A DNA stretch of 64,000 bases from positions 544,001 through 608,000 of the forward strand of contig CAWBCJ010000029.1 of the NCBI GenBank assembly GCA_963787255.1. The letters are read 5' to 3'. How positions within the stretch are numbered: position 1 is the stretch's first letter; each line of letters opens with the position of its first letter. The stretch comes from Methanobacteriota archaeon. GTDB taxonomy: Archaea; Methanobacteriota; Methanobacteria; Methanobacteriales; Methanobacteriaceae. This document shows positions 42,662 through 54,436 of the stretch, one piece after another. The notes under the pieces are model-generated. The model saw only the letters and a program-made list of their open reading frames with translations. It was not told the origin of the DNA and did no database searches. Both the position numbers and the translations under genes were made by a program.

Positions 42662-43414
42662 TCAGAATTTAACGGTTGAAAAAGGTTCTTTACCAAGTAG
42701 ATCAAACATCAAAACATCCGGAGCCATGATTGAATCGCCCTGAAGAGTTATAAGTTTAAATGCTTCAAATGCCTGTAAACAGCCAACAATGTTTGGAACA
42801 GGCGCAATAACTGGGGGAACTTCAGCACCCATTTCCTTAACTTCAGATATGACTTTTTCAGTTAAATCTTTGCCTAGAGAAGGTAATCTGAACAGTTCCT
42901 CGTAAGTAGGAGTGTCCTCTGTGAAAACACTTACTTGGCCCATTGTTCCGTGAATTGCACCGTGAATAAAAGGAATTCCTGAATCAAAAGTGTGTCTACT
43001 GACTGTAATTCTTGTTACAAGATTATCAAGTGCATCTATAACAATGTCACTGCCTTTAATGATTTTTTCAACATTATCTTCTTTCAATTCTTCTTCGAAG
43101 GCAGTGATGTTTACAAAGGGATTTATTGACTTTAAAATTTCATAAGTGGTATTTACCTTAGACTTTCCAACGCTGTAAAAACTGCTCATGAGTTGGCGGT
43201 TAATATTAGAAACGTCAAAGGTGTCCTTATCAATTATGGTGAGATTTCCAACACCCATTCTAACCAGCATTTCTGTTGTGGCACCGCCAATTCCTCCACA
43301 CCCAATAACTGTGATATTAGCATCTCTAAGCCTTTTCTGCTCTGATTTAGTTACAACTCCCATCTGTCTGCTTACAATTTCCCAGTAGGCCATTCCTTCA
43401 TATCTTCTTGGCAT
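42662..43414 (-). CDS. ThiF/HesA/MoeB-family adenylyltransferase
   Basis: VIGCGGIG, D.D.FDVSNINRQ, DALDN...R. Confidence 0.88.
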   Translation of the reverse strand: MPRRYEGMAYWEIVSRQMGVVTKSEQKRLRDANITVIGCGGIGGATTEMLVRMGVGNLTIIDKDTFDVSNINRQLMSSFYSVGKSKVNTTYEILKSINPFVNITAFEEELKEDNVEKIIKGSDIVIDALDNLVTRITVSRHTFDSGIPFIHGAIHGTMGQVSVFTEDTPTYEELFRLPSLGKDLTEKVISEVKEMGAEVPPVIAPVPNIVGCLQAFEAFKLITLQGDSIMAPDVLMFDLLGKEPFSTVKF

Positions 43415-43693
43415 TATATTCCACCTTTTCTATATTTCAAAATAATATTTTTATCTAACTTGTCCACACGTCTGATGTAATTTCTGAACTTTTTTTGTGT
43501 CTGATAAGAAAATATCTAAAACCAGATAAATAAATTGTTCTGTTAAGTATAATATACATGTAATTAGGTCAAGAAAGCAAATAATTTCTAAATATCTATA
43601 AAATTAATCAAAAATTAAAATGAGATGTGTTTAAAAAAACGCAAAAAAAAGTTAAAGAAGTTTTTTAGATAATCTTCAAAAACTCATTTTATA

Positions 43694-44644
43694 TTACATT
43701 TTGCCAATGCCATCAGCAATTTCCTCGTAAGGCTGAACAATTACAAAACCATTACCTTTAAATGACATTTGGAAGGTTTCACCACTTCCCCTGCCTAATA
43801 ATGTGCCTAAATTCACGTCTGATTTGTAATCAAGGGATAATCCGTCAGACCATGCCACAGTTGCGTTTGGATCAGTGAAAACAGGTCTATCTGGAGTTAC
43901 TGCGAGTGTAATAGGGGTGTAATGGGTTGTTATCGCGATCATTCCATGTCCATGGAGTCTTATGTTGAAAAGTCCTCCGGACATCATGCCTGCGCTTGAC
44001 ATCATCTTAATTTTCCAGTCAATGTTTTCTTCAAATGCAAGAACGTCATTTCCATTAACGTACATTTTATCGCCTTCAAGGTTTAAAATGGTAATTTTCT
44101 TTCCTTTATCGGCCATATAAACGTGTCCTTGTCCTTTTGCGGACATAAGTTTGGAATTTTCGCCACTTATCTTCTTCATTAAAAACTTGTCAATTCCGCC
44201 TTCAAGGGAACTCTGTTTTTTAAATCTCACGTCGCCTGTGTAAGCTACCATAGCTCCCAATTTGGTCCATACTTTTCCATCTAAATTGATATCTAGTAAA
44301 TAATCGTTTTCAAGTTCGAATACCTCTTCACCGACATTTTTTTCAGCAGTTCTATCTAAAAATTCTTGAACTGAATATTTACTTGTGTAATAAGGTTCTG
44401 CTTTCTCATAAACTTCTACATTGACATCTTCTTCATCTTCTTCTACTGGGATTAATTCTGTTTTTCCACCACAATCAGGGCAGAAATTGGCTTCTCCCAC
44501 TTCTACATTACAGTCTGGACAGTATTTTTGTTCTGAAACTTCTTCAGTCACTTCTGCAACCACTACTTCTTCAACTTTTGAGCCACATTCAGGACAAAAT
44601 TTAGCTTCTCCAACTTCTTCTCCGCAACTTTGACAATTCATCAA
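43694..44644 (-). CDS. AIM24-family protein with N-terminal double zinc ribbons
   Basis: Two CxxC..FCPxCG modules; [42 protein letters not shown]. Confidence 0.85.
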   Translation of the reverse strand: MMNCQSCGEEVGEAKFCPECGSKVEEVVVAEVTEEVSEQKYCPDCNVEVGEANFCPDCGGKTELIPVEEDEEDVNVEVYEKAEPYYTSKYSVQEFLDRTAEKNVGEEVFELENDYLLDINLDGKVWTKLGAMVAYTGDVRFKKQSSLEGGIDKFLMKKISGENSKLMSAKGQGHVYMADKGKKITILNLEGDKMYVNGNDVLAFEENIDWKIKMMSSAGMMSGGLFNIRLHGHGMIAITTHYTPITLAVTPDRPVFTDPNATVAWSDGLSLDYKSDVNLGTLLGRGSGETFQMSFKGNGFVIVQPYEEIADGIGKM

Positions 44645-45064
44645 ACCACCAACATTATATTAAATTGATTATCAAGAATTGATATGCATTTTATGTATTT
44701 ATACTTTCTCTAACCTTTAAAAAGCTAATTGAATGATTAATCATTTAGAAATTCTTTTTTTCAATAATTTTAATTTCTCTGGGAGTTAAATCCTAAAATC
44801 ATAAAATATTTTGTCAATCTGCACATTATTTACATTTATCTAGCGTCCATGACAATTTAAATCATTATAATGTTATTTTGTAAATATCGAAAATAGATTT
44901 AAAGATTATAGAAATATTTTAATATTCAAATAAATCATAAGATTTAAAAAGATTTATAAAATTAAAATATAAATAAACACGGTTAAATACTTTAAAATAC
45001 TTAGTTCTAATTTTATAATATAGAAAAGTTTAAATTCAATAAAATTTAATGTAGGATAAGCCAC

Positions 45065-45174
45065 GCCGGGGTGGCTCAGTTGGTTAGAGCGCACGGCTCA
45101 TAGGGTATTTAAGCAGTGCTCTGACTTTTTCCTGGGATACCGTGAGGCCGCGGGTTCGAATCCCGCCCCCGGCA
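45065..45174 (+). tRNA. tRNA-Met(CAU), elongator type, with ~36-nt intron in the anticodon loop (~45103-45138)
   Basis: Acceptor stem GCCGGGG/CCCCGGC+A, D-arm GCTCAGTTGGTTAGAGC, anticodon stem CACGG/CCGTG with CT-CAT-A, T-loop GGTTCGAATCC. Confidence 0.93.
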
Positions 45175-45252
45175 CTTAACTCACACAATTCATAGTCCCA
45201 GAATTAAATTTCATTTTATTGCATTTAACTTTAAAAAAATACTTTATTTTAT

Positions 45253-45955
45253 TTACCAGACATGAGGAATAAGTCTATATTTTACCTTCTTTTTGTATTC
45301 ATCATATCCCTTTAATTCTTCCAACAAAACTTTTTCTTCGCCAAATATCCTTCCACAAACTAAAAAAAATACTACAACACCAATTATAATTCCATAAACT
45401 GAACCAAGGAGCAAAGGTGTCCCTATAAAGGACAATATACCTCCAAGATACAGGGGATGTCTTATAAAGCTGTAAACTCCTGTTGATACTACTTTTTGCC
45501 CCCGTTCTTTTTGTATTCTTACAAGTGGTGATAGATAAGTGTTATCCATATATGAATGGATAATAAAATATGCAGATATGATTAAAGCTATTCCTCCAAC
45601 TACTTCAAGCCATAATGGGAAGTTTAGGGTCCACATGAATCGTTTTAGCGTCTAAAGGCATGATTATAAACCAAACAAGAAACAATATAAGTATAGCATA
45701 TACAAAATATTTGTCCCATCTTTTTTCGCCCCCTGTTCCAGGTCTTCTAAACCTTTCAAGGAGTAAATCAGGATCTTTACGGTATAGATAAAAAACAGCC
45801 CCAAAACTAAGCGCTAAAAACCAAATACTGAAGATCCAGCCTTCAATCCAAAACCAGTCACCTGAAATGAAAAGTAAAATTGCTGGAAAGATTAAGATAT
45901 AAATTATGGTCAAGAAAAGTCTGATTTTAGTTATTTTTGGTTTTTCAGTTTCCAT
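45253..45955 (-). CDS. Isoprenylcysteine carboxyl methyltransferase-family membrane protein (frameshift ~45630)
   Basis: ORFs 45605..45955 and 45253..45636; N.YLSP.VRIQ..RGQKVV.TG.Y..IRHP.Y, EE..L...L.GY..Y..KV.YRL.P. Confidence 0.85.
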
Positions 45956-46136
45956 AGGAACATCTCAGTTGGATTTATAGTATTTACTTAAATCTTATTT
46001 TGCTGCGGTTCCAATCAATTTTTCATGAGACTATGATTTTTAAGTGGAATGTTTTGGATCCTTTGTATTATATTGTCCAGTTTAGGGCAGTATAACCTAT
46101 TTTCATCAAACTTTCTAAAGAACGTAAAATTGATTA

Positions 46137-47003
46137 TTAAATTTTTCTCTTTGATTCAATGAGTGTTTCTAATTTCTGTATATCAACTTCTCTTTTATAT
46201 AATGGAGATTTAACTTTGCTGTAAGCTGTTAATGTTTCTTCGAAGGTTAGTTTGTTTTCATTTTTGTAAAAAATGCCTAATGGATATTTTTCAGTTTCTG
46301 TTGCCCTTTTAAATGCTTCATTTTTATCGTATGGGTCGTGGGAGTCTTCCAGTTTGTATGTATTTTCTCTAAACCACTGGTAAGTATTTATTTTGTTGAA
46401 AGTGACACAGGGCTGGAATACATCAACAAGGGCGAATCCTTTATGTTTTATAGCTTCTTTCATAATATTTTTCATGTGTTCCATGTCGCCGGCAAATGTT
46501 CTGGCCACAAATGATGCATCGAGGGCAATTGCAACTGCCAATGGATTAAATGGTTCTAAAGACACTCCTTCAACTTGTAACGGTGTTTTCATTTCTATAC
46601 TTGATGTAGGGGATGCCTGACCTTTAGTTAGACCGTAAACCATGTTATTATGCACTATACTGGTTATATCTGGATTTCGACGGATTGTATGCATGAGATG
46701 ATTTCCTCCTTCTCCGTACATATCCCCATCGCCACTTGTGACTATTACCCTAAGCTCCTTATTTACAGCTTTAATCGCTGTTGCAGGTGAGAGCGCTCTG
46801 CCGTGAAGACTGTTATATGTATGTGATTTAAGGTAATGTGGAAGCTTACCGGCCTGCCCTATTCCAGATACAAGGACAAGCTTTTCCTGGTCAATTTCAA
46901 GTTCTGCAAGTGCAGTTTTTAGTGTCCTTAAAATTAGGAAGTCCCCACAGCCCGGACACCATGCTACATCGGCACCTTCAACGTCAAAGATTTTAGGATC
47001 CAT
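46137..47003 (-). CDS. 2-oxoacid:ferredoxin oxidoreductase beta subunit
   Basis: [47 protein letters not shown]. Confidence 0.92.
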   Translation of the reverse strand: MDPKIFDVEGADVAWCPGCGDFLILRTLKTALAELEIDQEKLVLVSGIGQAGKLPHYLKSHTYNSLHGRALSPATAIKAVNKELRVIVTSGDGDMYGEGGNHLMHTIRRNPDITSIVHNNMVYGLTKGQASPTSSIEMKTPLQVEGVSLEPFNPLAVAIALDASFVARTFAGDMEHMKNIMKEAIKHKGFALVDVFQPCVTFNKINTYQWFRENTYKLEDSHDPYDKNEAFKRATETEKYPLGIFYKNENKLTFEETLTAYSKVKSPLYKREVDIQKLETLIESKRKI

Positions 47004-48721
47004 TATAACTCCTCCAGAAGGCTTTTTAAGTATTCTGTAACTTCTTCAACAGAAAATGGCATTCCATTATACTTCAATGCCTTTTTATGGATTTCAAAAC
47101 CAGTGTTGAGTTTTATCAAGTTTCCAAATTGTGAATTTGCATTATTTTCAAAGATTATGGTCTTTCGAGCCTTTTCAAGATAATCCTGTGTGCTTTCATG
47201 CAGTGGATAAACCTGTTTGAAATACAAAAAGGCAATATCCTTGCTCTGCAGGTTATCCAGGGTTTCTTTAATTGGTCCATAAGTGGATCCCCAACCAATA
47301 ACCAGAATTCTATAATCTGATGGTCCAATGAGCTCAGGAGGCACCACATCTTTTTTGATCCCTTCAAGCTTTTTCAGGCGTTTTTCAACCATTTTATCCC
47401 TTAAATGGAGATCTTCTGTAATATGTCCCTCTTCATCATGTTCATCTGAATCTACAACTACGAGACCCTTACCAAATCCTGGAATTCCCCTTGGAGAGAT
47501 ACCATCATCAGTAATTTCATACCTTCTATAATTCTCATCTGTTTTTACAATATAATCTTCAATTTCCACGTCTTTAGTTACTAAAGAAGGCAGGTTATAA
47601 TATATATCAGCTAAATACTGGTCTGAAAGTATGAAAACAGGTATTTGGTATTTATCTGCGATGTTAAATGCCCTTTGAGTCATGTAAAATGCATCTTCAA
47701 AATTACCTGGAGCAAATATTGCTTTTGGAGTTTCTCCAGGCCCGGAATAGAGTACTAAATCAAGATCCTCCTGTGCTGTTCTTGTGGGAAGTCCCACGGC
47801 AGGACCGGGGCGCTGACCAATATAAAGTACTATTGGTGTTTCTATCATTCCTGATAAACCTACAGCTTCGGTCATAAGGGCAAATCCACTTCCGGAAGTT
47901 GCTGCAAGTGCCCTTGCTCCAGCATAAGCGGCTCCAAGCCCCATGTTTATTGCAGCTATTTCGTCTTCAGCTTGCTCAAAAATAACCTCAAAATCCTTTG
48001 ATTGATGCGCAATAAAAACTTGAAGAGATGTTGTAGGCGTCATGGGATAAGAAGACATGAATTTAACTCCACCTGCAAGGCAGCCGTATCCAAAAACGTC
48101 TATTCCATTTAAAAGTAGCTCATTTCTAATTTCAGAGTCTTTTTCTATGTTTATTTTAATCTCTCCTGATTTTAATAGATCTTCTCCAACTTTATATCCT
48201 TCTTCACCAGCCTTCAAATCGCCTTTCAGGATTTTTTCTCCCTTTCTCGAAAACATTGCAGTTATACATTCCTCGAATATTTCTTTATTAATATTTAAAA
48301 TTCTTGAAAGTGCCCCTGCAGCTATTATATTTGCAAATATGGGGCCTCCAATATCTTTTGCAATTTTTAAGAAGGGAATTTTTATTACATTGGGTATATC
48401 AACATCTTTCAGTGTATCTTCATCCCCAATTATGAGGGTATTATCAGATATTCTCTCTTTAAGGTGATCTATAGCTCCTTTACTAATTGCAACCAGTATA
48501 TCAATCCTGTCAACATATGCAGATATTCTTTTTGAAGATACTCGTATTTGAGTTGAATTTTCTCCTCCTCTTACTCGTGACATGTATTCTTTTGAGGAAA
48601 ATACGTTGTATCCTCCAAGTTTAATAGCCTGTACCAGTATAGCCTCAACAGTTTGAATTCCCTGTCCTGCTTCACCGCAAAGGACTATTGAAACATCTTC
48701 TCCAGATAAAAATTCAGACAT
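47003..48721 (-). CDS. 2-oxoacid:ferredoxin oxidoreductase alpha subunit (gamma-alpha fusion)
   Basis: [44 protein letters not shown]. Confidence 0.92.
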   Translation of the reverse strand: MSEFLSGEDVSIVLCGEAGQGIQTVEAILVQAIKLGGYNVFSSKEYMSRVRGGENSTQIRVSSKRISAYVDRIDILVAISKGAIDHLKERISDNTLIIGDEDTLKDVDIPNVIKIPFLKIAKDIGGPIFANIIAAGALSRILNINKEIFEECITAMFSRKGEKILKGDLKAGEEGYKVGEDLLKSGEIKINIEKDSEIRNELLLNGIDVFGYGCLAGGVKFMSSYPMTPTTSLQVFIAHQSKDFEVIFEQAEDEIAAINMGLGAAYAGARALAATSGSGFALMTEAVGLSGMIETPIVLYIGQRPGPAVGLPTRTAQEDLDLVLYSGPGETPKAIFAPGNFEDAFYMTQRAFNIADKYQIPVFILSDQYLADIYYNLPSLVTKDVEIEDYIVKTDENYRRYEITDDGISPRGIPGFGKGLVVVDSDEHDEEGHITEDLHLRDKMVEKRLKKLEGIKKDVVPPELIGPSDYRILVIGWGSTYGPIKETLDNLQSKDIAFLYFKQVYPLHESTQDYLEKARKTIIFENNANSQFGNLIKLNTGFEIHKKALKYNGMPFSVEEVTEYLKSLLEEL

Positions 48722-48936
48722 GATATCACCCGCTAAATAACAAAAATTTCAAGATTTATAATAATATATTAAGGGTTCATTTTTACTTAAATTTTGGCAT
48801 TCATGCTTAATTTATTGAATTTTGAATTTGAAAATAAATCTCTTAAAACATATTATAGTGTAATACTTTCATTTAAAAAATAAAAATAAAATTAATAGAT
48901 AATCAGTAAAAAAAAGGAAAAAAAATATTTAAAAAT

Positions 48937-50397
48937 TTAATTTAAACTTTCCATTGCCAATTCTGCCCCAGCTTCAAGTATTTCCAGGTTTATTGGAATT
49001 AATTTGGGTTTTTTAGAGAAAGTGTGTTCTATTGCCTTTTTGAATACTTCATCAGGTAGTTCAGTACATCCCAAGGCCATTAAAACCCCAAGCAATACGG
49101 TATTTCCCGCCTGTTTAACACCATGTTCTTTAGCAATCTTAAAAGCAGGTACAGATACAGCTTTAACACCCTCAGGAGCTTTAAATTCACCTATTGCAGA
49201 ATCATAGAGAATTAAGCCTCCTTCTTTTACTTCACCGTTGAATTCTTCAAGTGAAGGTTTATTTAGCGCAACAAGAACGTCAACTTCGTGAACCGCTGGA
49301 GAACCTATAACTTCGCCAGAAATAACCACTACACAATTAGAGGCCCCACCTCTCTGTTCAGGACCGTAAGATGGATAATATGACACGTGACGCTTTGCTT
49401 TCATCCCTGCTTCTGCCAGAGTAAGTCCCATACTTAAAACTCCCTGACCGCCAAATCCTGCAATTTTAACGCTTTTTTCTGCAAAATCCGGATCATCCAC
49501 AGCATCTCCTGCGCTTTCCATGGTAACATTGAAGATTTTATCAAGTGATTCCTTGGAAAAGTCACTTTCACCCCTGCAAAGCGGTTCAACTTCTTTGATT
49601 TTATCTCTAAAATTTTTAACAGGGAATTCCTTCTCCATCTCTTCATTGATAAACTTTTCAGCGCCAACTGCATCCTGTCTGAGGTTTGTTGGACAGGGAG
49701 ATAGTACTTCAACAAATGCATATCCTTTACCATCTCTTTGCACTTCAAGAGCTTTTTTAACCGCTCTTTTTGCTTTACGTATATTTTTAACATCTGAAAG
49801 TGATACTCTTTCAATATAAACTGGTGCATTCAAGTTATCGATGAGTTCACACATATGTAATGGATATCCGGCAAATCTGGGGTCTCTTCCTTCAGGACAG
49901 GTCACTGTAACCTCTCCAATTAAGGTTGTTGGGGCCATCTGCCCGCCAGTCATCCCATAAACAGTATTGTTTATGAAAAATACTGCTAATTTTTCCCCAC
50001 GGTTTGCAGCTTGAATTGTTTCGTTAAGCCCTATTGAAGCTAGATCTCCATCTCCCTGGTATAATATGACTATGGCACTGTCTTCTGCCCTTGATAATCC
50101 TGTTCCAACTGCCGGTGCCCTTCCATGAGCCACCTGAACATTCCCACAATCAAAGTAGTAATAAGCAAATACTGCACATCCTACGGGGCTTGTCATAATT
50201 GCTCTTTCCTGTATTCCAAGCTCATCTACTGCTTCTCCAATGAGTTTGTGTAGTATTCCGTGGCCGCAGCCGGGACAGTAATGTGTTGCTGTTGGGGAGC
50301 TTCCGCCTTTTCTCTTGAATTCATCGAGTATTGATTTAGGTTTTCCAATGATTTTCTCTGTCACTTCAGTGTTTTTCATCTTATTTACCTCCCGCAA
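48937..50397 (-). CDS. vorA: 2-ketoisovalerate oxidoreductase beta-gamma fused subunit
   Basis: [31 protein letters not shown], then AGFGGQG and [10 protein letters not shown]; likely start 50379. Confidence 0.85.
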   Translation of the reverse strand: MREVNKMKNTEVTEKIIGKPKSILDEFKRKGGSSPTATHYCPGCGHGILHKLIGEAVDELGIQERAIMTSPVGCAVFAYYYFDCGNVQVAHGRAPAVGTGLSRAEDSAIVILYQGDGDLASIGLNETIQAANRGEKLAVFFINNTVYGMTGGQMAPTTLIGEVTVTCPEGRDPRFAGYPLHMCELIDNLNAPVYIERVSLSDVKNIRKAKRAVKKALEVQRDGKGYAFVEVLSPCPTNLRQDAVGAEKFINEEMEKEFPVKNFRDKIKEVEPLCRGESDFSKESLDKIFNVTMESAGDAVDDPDFAEKSVKIAGFGGQGVLSMGLTLAEAGMKAKRHVSYYPSYGPEQRGGASNCVVVISGEVIGSPAVHEVDVLVALNKPSLEEFNGEVKEGGLILYDSAIGEFKAPEGVKAVSVPAFKIAKEHGVKQAGNTVLLGVLMALGCTELPDEVFKKAIEHTFSKKPKLIPINLEILEAGAELAMESLN

Positions 50398-51436
50398 CTT
50401 CTCTAATTTTATCCATTACATCGTTAAGTTCAATAATATTTCCACCCATCCGATTTACAAGTTCTACGTTCTTGCATTCAATAGCCATCTTTATATCTTC
50501 CCGCATCTGGCCGTTGCTCATCTCTACAGATATGAAATTAGGGTTTTTGTTATCTGCAATTTTCTTTAATTCTTTTTCGGGGAAGGGGAACAGTGTTTTT
50601 GGCCTGAAAAGTCCTACTTTAATTCCATCTTCCCTTGCAACATCTACCGCCGATCTTGCTGTTCTGCTGCTTATTCCATAGGATACAAGAACTATTTCAG
50701 CATCTTCAATCTGGTATCCTTCATAATCAACTTCATTTTCTTTTATTTTTTCATATTTTTCCTGAACTTTAAAGTTAAATTCTTCTAGTAAATCAAAATC
50801 AAGGAATATAGATGTAACAAGGTTATTCATTGTTTTTGCATTTCCGCAGACTGCCCATGAAGTGTCGATTTCAGGTTCAAAAGCTTTTTCCGGAAAATGA
50901 AGTGGTTCTATCATTTGGCCGAGAACGGCATCTGCAATGATTATTACGGGATTACGCCATTTTTCTGCAAGTTCAAATGCCTTTATGGTGCAATCGCACA
51001 TTTCCTGAACAGAATTTGGAGCTAAAACAATATTTTTGTAGTTTCCGTGACCTCCACCTTTTACAAGCTGGTTGTAATCACCTTGTTCAGGTCCAATATT
51101 CCCAAGCCCTGGACCGGCTCTCATAACATCTACTATAACGCAGGGCAGTTCTGCACCCGCTAAAAAGGATATTCCTTCCTGTTTTAGACTTATTCCCGGA
51201 CCTGAGGATGCTGTCATCACTCTGTGTCCTGCTGCAGCGCCTCCGTATACCATGTTTATGGCAGCTTCTTCTGATTCTGCCTGTACAAATTTTCTTCCCA
51301 CCATGGGGAAGTATTTAGATGCTTCGTGAAGAATTTCGCTTGCAGGGGTGATCGGATACCCGAAATAGCAGTCACAGCCGGCATACATGGCCCCTATTAT
51401 GACTGCTGTATTTCCTCTTATAAGTTGAGTTGCCAT
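50381..51436 (-). CDS. vorB: 2-ketoisovalerate oxidoreductase alpha subunit
   Basis: GYPITP.SE, QAESE.AA.NM.YG, SSGPG.SLKQEG.S, R.GPGLGNI.PEQ.DY. Confidence 0.88.
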   Translation of the reverse strand: MATQLIRGNTAVIIGAMYAGCDCYFGYPITPASEILHEASKYFPMVGRKFVQAESEEAAINMVYGGAAAGHRVMTASSGPGISLKQEGISFLAGAELPCVIVDVMRAGPGLGNIGPEQGDYNQLVKGGGHGNYKNIVLAPNSVQEMCDCTIKAFELAEKWRNPVIIIADAVLGQMIEPLHFPEKAFEPEIDTSWAVCGNAKTMNNLVTSIFLDFDLLEEFNFKVQEKYEKIKENEVDYEGYQIEDAEIVLVSYGISSRTARSAVDVAREDGIKVGLFRPKTLFPFPEKELKKIADNKNPNFISVEMSNGQMREDIKMAIECKNVELVNRMGGNIIELNDVMDKIREVAGGK

Positions 51437-51438
51437 GT

Positions 51439-51690
51439 TTAATCCTCCTGTTTTTTAGGTTTTTGGGGAATGTGAACTTCAATTGCTAATGGTTCTGGGC
51501 AGGTATAATAACAGTCTCCACATCCTGTACACCCTTCACCTTCATAAATTACGTAGTGATACCCTCTTTCATTTGTATCATCGCTCATCTTTAAAATGCT
51601 CTTTTTGCATGCTATTATACATCTTTCACATGCTTTGCATTCTAAAGCGTTGATTACGGGGTAAGGTTCTCTATTTTCTGATTTAGACAT
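51439..51690 (-). CDS. vorC: Vor ferredoxin subunit
   Basis: [34 protein letters not shown]. Confidence 0.82.
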   Translation of the reverse strand: MSKSENREPYPVINALECKACERCIIACKKSILKMSDDTNERGYHYVIYEGEGCTGCGDCYYTCPEPLAIEVHIPQKPKKQED

Positions 51691-51730
51691 AAGTATATCC
51701 TTCTAAAAATTTAATTAATTTAAAATTAAT

Positions 51731-51752
51731 AAAGGGTTTAAGTTTACCCTTT
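51731..51752. other. Short hairpin between the acyl-CoA synthetase gene and vorC
   Basis: AAAGGGT-N8-ACCCTTT inverted repeat. Confidence 0.4.
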
Positions 51753-51759
51753 ATACTTT

Positions 51760-53430
51760 TTATTCCTGATCTTTGCTTCGTATTTCTACTCTCCTTATCT
51801 TCCCGCTTATTGTTTTAGGAAGCTCTTCCACAAATTCAATAACACGAGGGTATTTATAAGGTGCTGTTACATTTTTAACGTGGGCTTGAATCTCTTTTTT
51901 CAATTCTTCAGACGGTTGATAATTATTGGTAAGTACAATCGTTGCTTTCACAACTTGACCCCTTACAGGATCAGGAAATCCTGTTATAGCACATTCTAAA
52001 ACTGAAGGATGAGATAAAACTGCACTTTCCACTTCAAATGGGCCAATTCTATATCCTGAACTTTTAATCATGTCGTCAGTTCTTCCAACAAACCAGATGT
52101 ATCCATCTTCATCCATCCAGGCTGTATCGCCTGTATGATAGTATCCATCGTACCAAACTTCCTTGGTTTTTTCAGGATCTAGATAATAACCTCCAAAAAG
52201 GCCTATTGGATTATTATCACCGGTTTTAATGACTATTTCTCCTTCTTCTCCAACATCTGATTGTTTATTTTCTTTATCTACTATTGTAATGTCATATATT
52301 GGCGCTGGTTTCCCCATTGATCCAGGTCGTGGGATCATCCATGGAAAATTGGCAACAGACACAACACTTTCTGTCTGACCGAAACCTTCCATTAATCTTA
52401 ATCCAGTAAATTCATAGAATTTATTGTAAACTTCAGGATTTAAGGGTTCACCGGCAGTAACTGCATATTCGAGGGTTGAAAAATTATATTTGGATAGATC
52501 TTCTTTTATTAAGAACCTATAAATTGTGGGTGGGGCACAGTAGGTTGTAACGCCGTATTTAGAAGCTTTTTCAAGCATTTTACCTGCATCAAACCTTTCA
52601 TAGTCGTATATGAAAACTGCACTGCCGGATATCCACTGTCCGTAGATTTGGCCCCAAACTGACTTTGCCCAACCGGTATCTGCAACGGTATAATGAATTC
52701 CATCGTCAACAACGTTTTGCCAGTATTTTGCAGTTATAATATGGGCTAATGGATAGGTAAAATCGTGTTGAATCATTTTAGGGAGTCCTGTAGTCCCTGA
52801 TGAGAAGTAAACAAGTGACGTATCATCATTTGTAGTATTTTTATTTCCAGATGGACGTTCAAATTCAAGAGGAGCATCTTCAATTTCTTTCCTGAAATTA
52901 AACCATCCTTTTCTATCTTCATCACTAACTATGGCTTTTGTGAGCTTTAAATCTTTCAATTCTTCATCTGCCTCGTCAAAGTACTCTGGAACTCCCTCTT
53001 CGGCAATACATATTACCATTTTGATTTTAGCACTCTCTATTCTATATACAATATCTTCAGTTCTAAGCATGTGTGTCGCGGGAATGGCTATTGCACCAAT
53101 TTTGTGAAGACCTAGAAGGCAGAACCAGAATTCATAGCGTGCTTTAAGAGTAAGCATTACAGTATCGCCTTTTTTTATTCCGCACTTCATGAAGAAGTTC
53201 GCTGCCTTGTCACTGTAATATTTCATATCTGCAAATGTAAATACGCGGTCATTATCATTGTCGTCGCACCAGACCATTGCAATTTTATCTGGAATATCCG
53301 CTGCGTATTCATCAACAACATCGTAAGCGAAATTGAAATTTTCTGGAACATTTATCTTAAAATTTTCTTTAAAATCTTCGTATGATTCAAATTCAACTTT
53401 TGAAAGAAATTTAGTTAGTAATGATGACAT
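51760..53430 (-). CDS. AMP-forming acyl-CoA synthetase (medium/branched-chain type)
   Basis: [58 protein letters not shown]. Confidence 0.92.
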   Translation of the reverse strand: MSSLLTKFLSKVEFESYEDFKENFKINVPENFNFAYDVVDEYAADIPDKIAMVWCDDNDNDRVFTFADMKYYSDKAANFFMKCGIKKGDTVMLTLKARYEFWFCLLGLHKIGAIAIPATHMLRTEDIVYRIESAKIKMVICIAEEGVPEYFDEADEELKDLKLTKAIVSDEDRKGWFNFRKEIEDAPLEFERPSGNKNTTNDDTSLVYFSSGTTGLPKMIQHDFTYPLAHIITAKYWQNVVDDGIHYTVADTGWAKSVWGQIYGQWISGSAVFIYDYERFDAGKMLEKASKYGVTTYCAPPTIYRFLIKEDLSKYNFSTLEYAVTAGEPLNPEVYNKFYEFTGLRLMEGFGQTESVVSVANFPWMIPRPGSMGKPAPIYDITIVDKENKQSDVGEEGEIVIKTGDNNPIGLFGGYYLDPEKTKEVWYDGYYHTGDTAWMDEDGYIWFVGRTDDMIKSSGYRIGPFEVESAVLSHPSVLECAITGFPDPVRGQVVKATIVLTNNYQPSEELKKEIQAHVKNVTAPYKYPRVIEFVEELPKTISGKIRRVEIRSKDQE

Positions 53431-53473
53431 TATTATTACCTCATATCGCGATTAATCGTTATTAAGTTATCAT

Positions 53474-54028
53474 TTACATTATTATTGCTAGAAATTTAGC
53501 GGTCTTATTGTTTAAAGCTTCCATCGCATGATCCTGGGAAGAATCAAAGAATATTGAATCTCCTTCATTTAGAATAATCTCATTATTGTGAATGTAATAT
53601 TTTAAAGATCCTTCAAGGACGTAATTAAACTCTTGTCCTGGATGTGAATTTTTTGATGGTTGTCCTGTACTGTCTTTTGGTTCAACGGTAACGATGAATG
53701 GTTCGGCCTTTTTATGAATGAATTTTTCAGCAAGATTTTCGTATTTATATTGCTTGCGTCTTTCTACCGCAATTCCTTTATCCTTTCGTGTAACGGTGAA
53801 AAAGTGCATTCTGGTTTCTTCTCCTGTAAGTAGCAATCCCATATCCACGCCAAACTTATGTGCAATTTCAAAAAGAATACTTGCTGGTATGTCTGAAACT
53901 CCTTCTTCATATTCTTTGTAGGTTTCAACGTCGATTTTTAGATATTCTGCCATTTCTTCAGTGCTTATATCTGATAAGTCTCTTAATTCGAAGATACGTG
54001 ACCCGATTTCTTTCATCTTTTCTTTCAT
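53474..54028 (-). CDS. XRE-family HTH regulator with cupin sensor domain
   Basis: IG.RI..LR...S.EE.A..L......Y..YE.G; H.GQEF.YVLEG, L.EGDSI.FDS...H. Confidence 0.9.
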   Translation of the reverse strand: MKEKMKEIGSRIFELRDLSDISTEEMAEYLKIDVETYKEYEEGVSDIPASILFEIAHKFGVDMGLLLTGEETRMHFFTVTRKDKGIAVERRKQYKYENLAEKFIHKKAEPFIVTVEPKDSTGQPSKNSHPGQEFNYVLEGSLKYYIHNNEIILNEGDSIFFDSSQDHAMEALNNKTAKFLAIIM

Positions 54029-54436
54029 TCTACCACTCTTTAAAATTGAAGCTAAATCCTTAACTTATTATCATTTCAAATTATTATTAATTGTTCTGAA
54101 TTATATTGAATTAAAAAAATACAATGTTAAATAATATTAGAATTATATTAGATTTAAACTATATATAATGATTATTAATGACAATTAGGTTAACTGATAT
54201 TTATAAATTATCCTTACAAATTATTGAATAACAATGAATAAATTAAATGTAAATAATGAAAGTTTAGGAACAGACAATTATTTTAGGGTATGGTATAATG
54301 CTGATTTTCCCATTCAAAAAAAATCATCATAATGAATTAATTTTTTTTCAATTGCTTTTAAACGAACTTTTGGAGAATATGGCGTTTAACAGGGGATAAA
54401 TTTTTAAAAAAGAAAAAAGAAAGAATATCAGCCGAT

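Noticed and set aside
43460-43510. Possible C/D box sRNA (several CTGA) upstream of the ThiF gene
   Set aside because: No proper RUGAUGA box C, and the region overlaps a likely promoter
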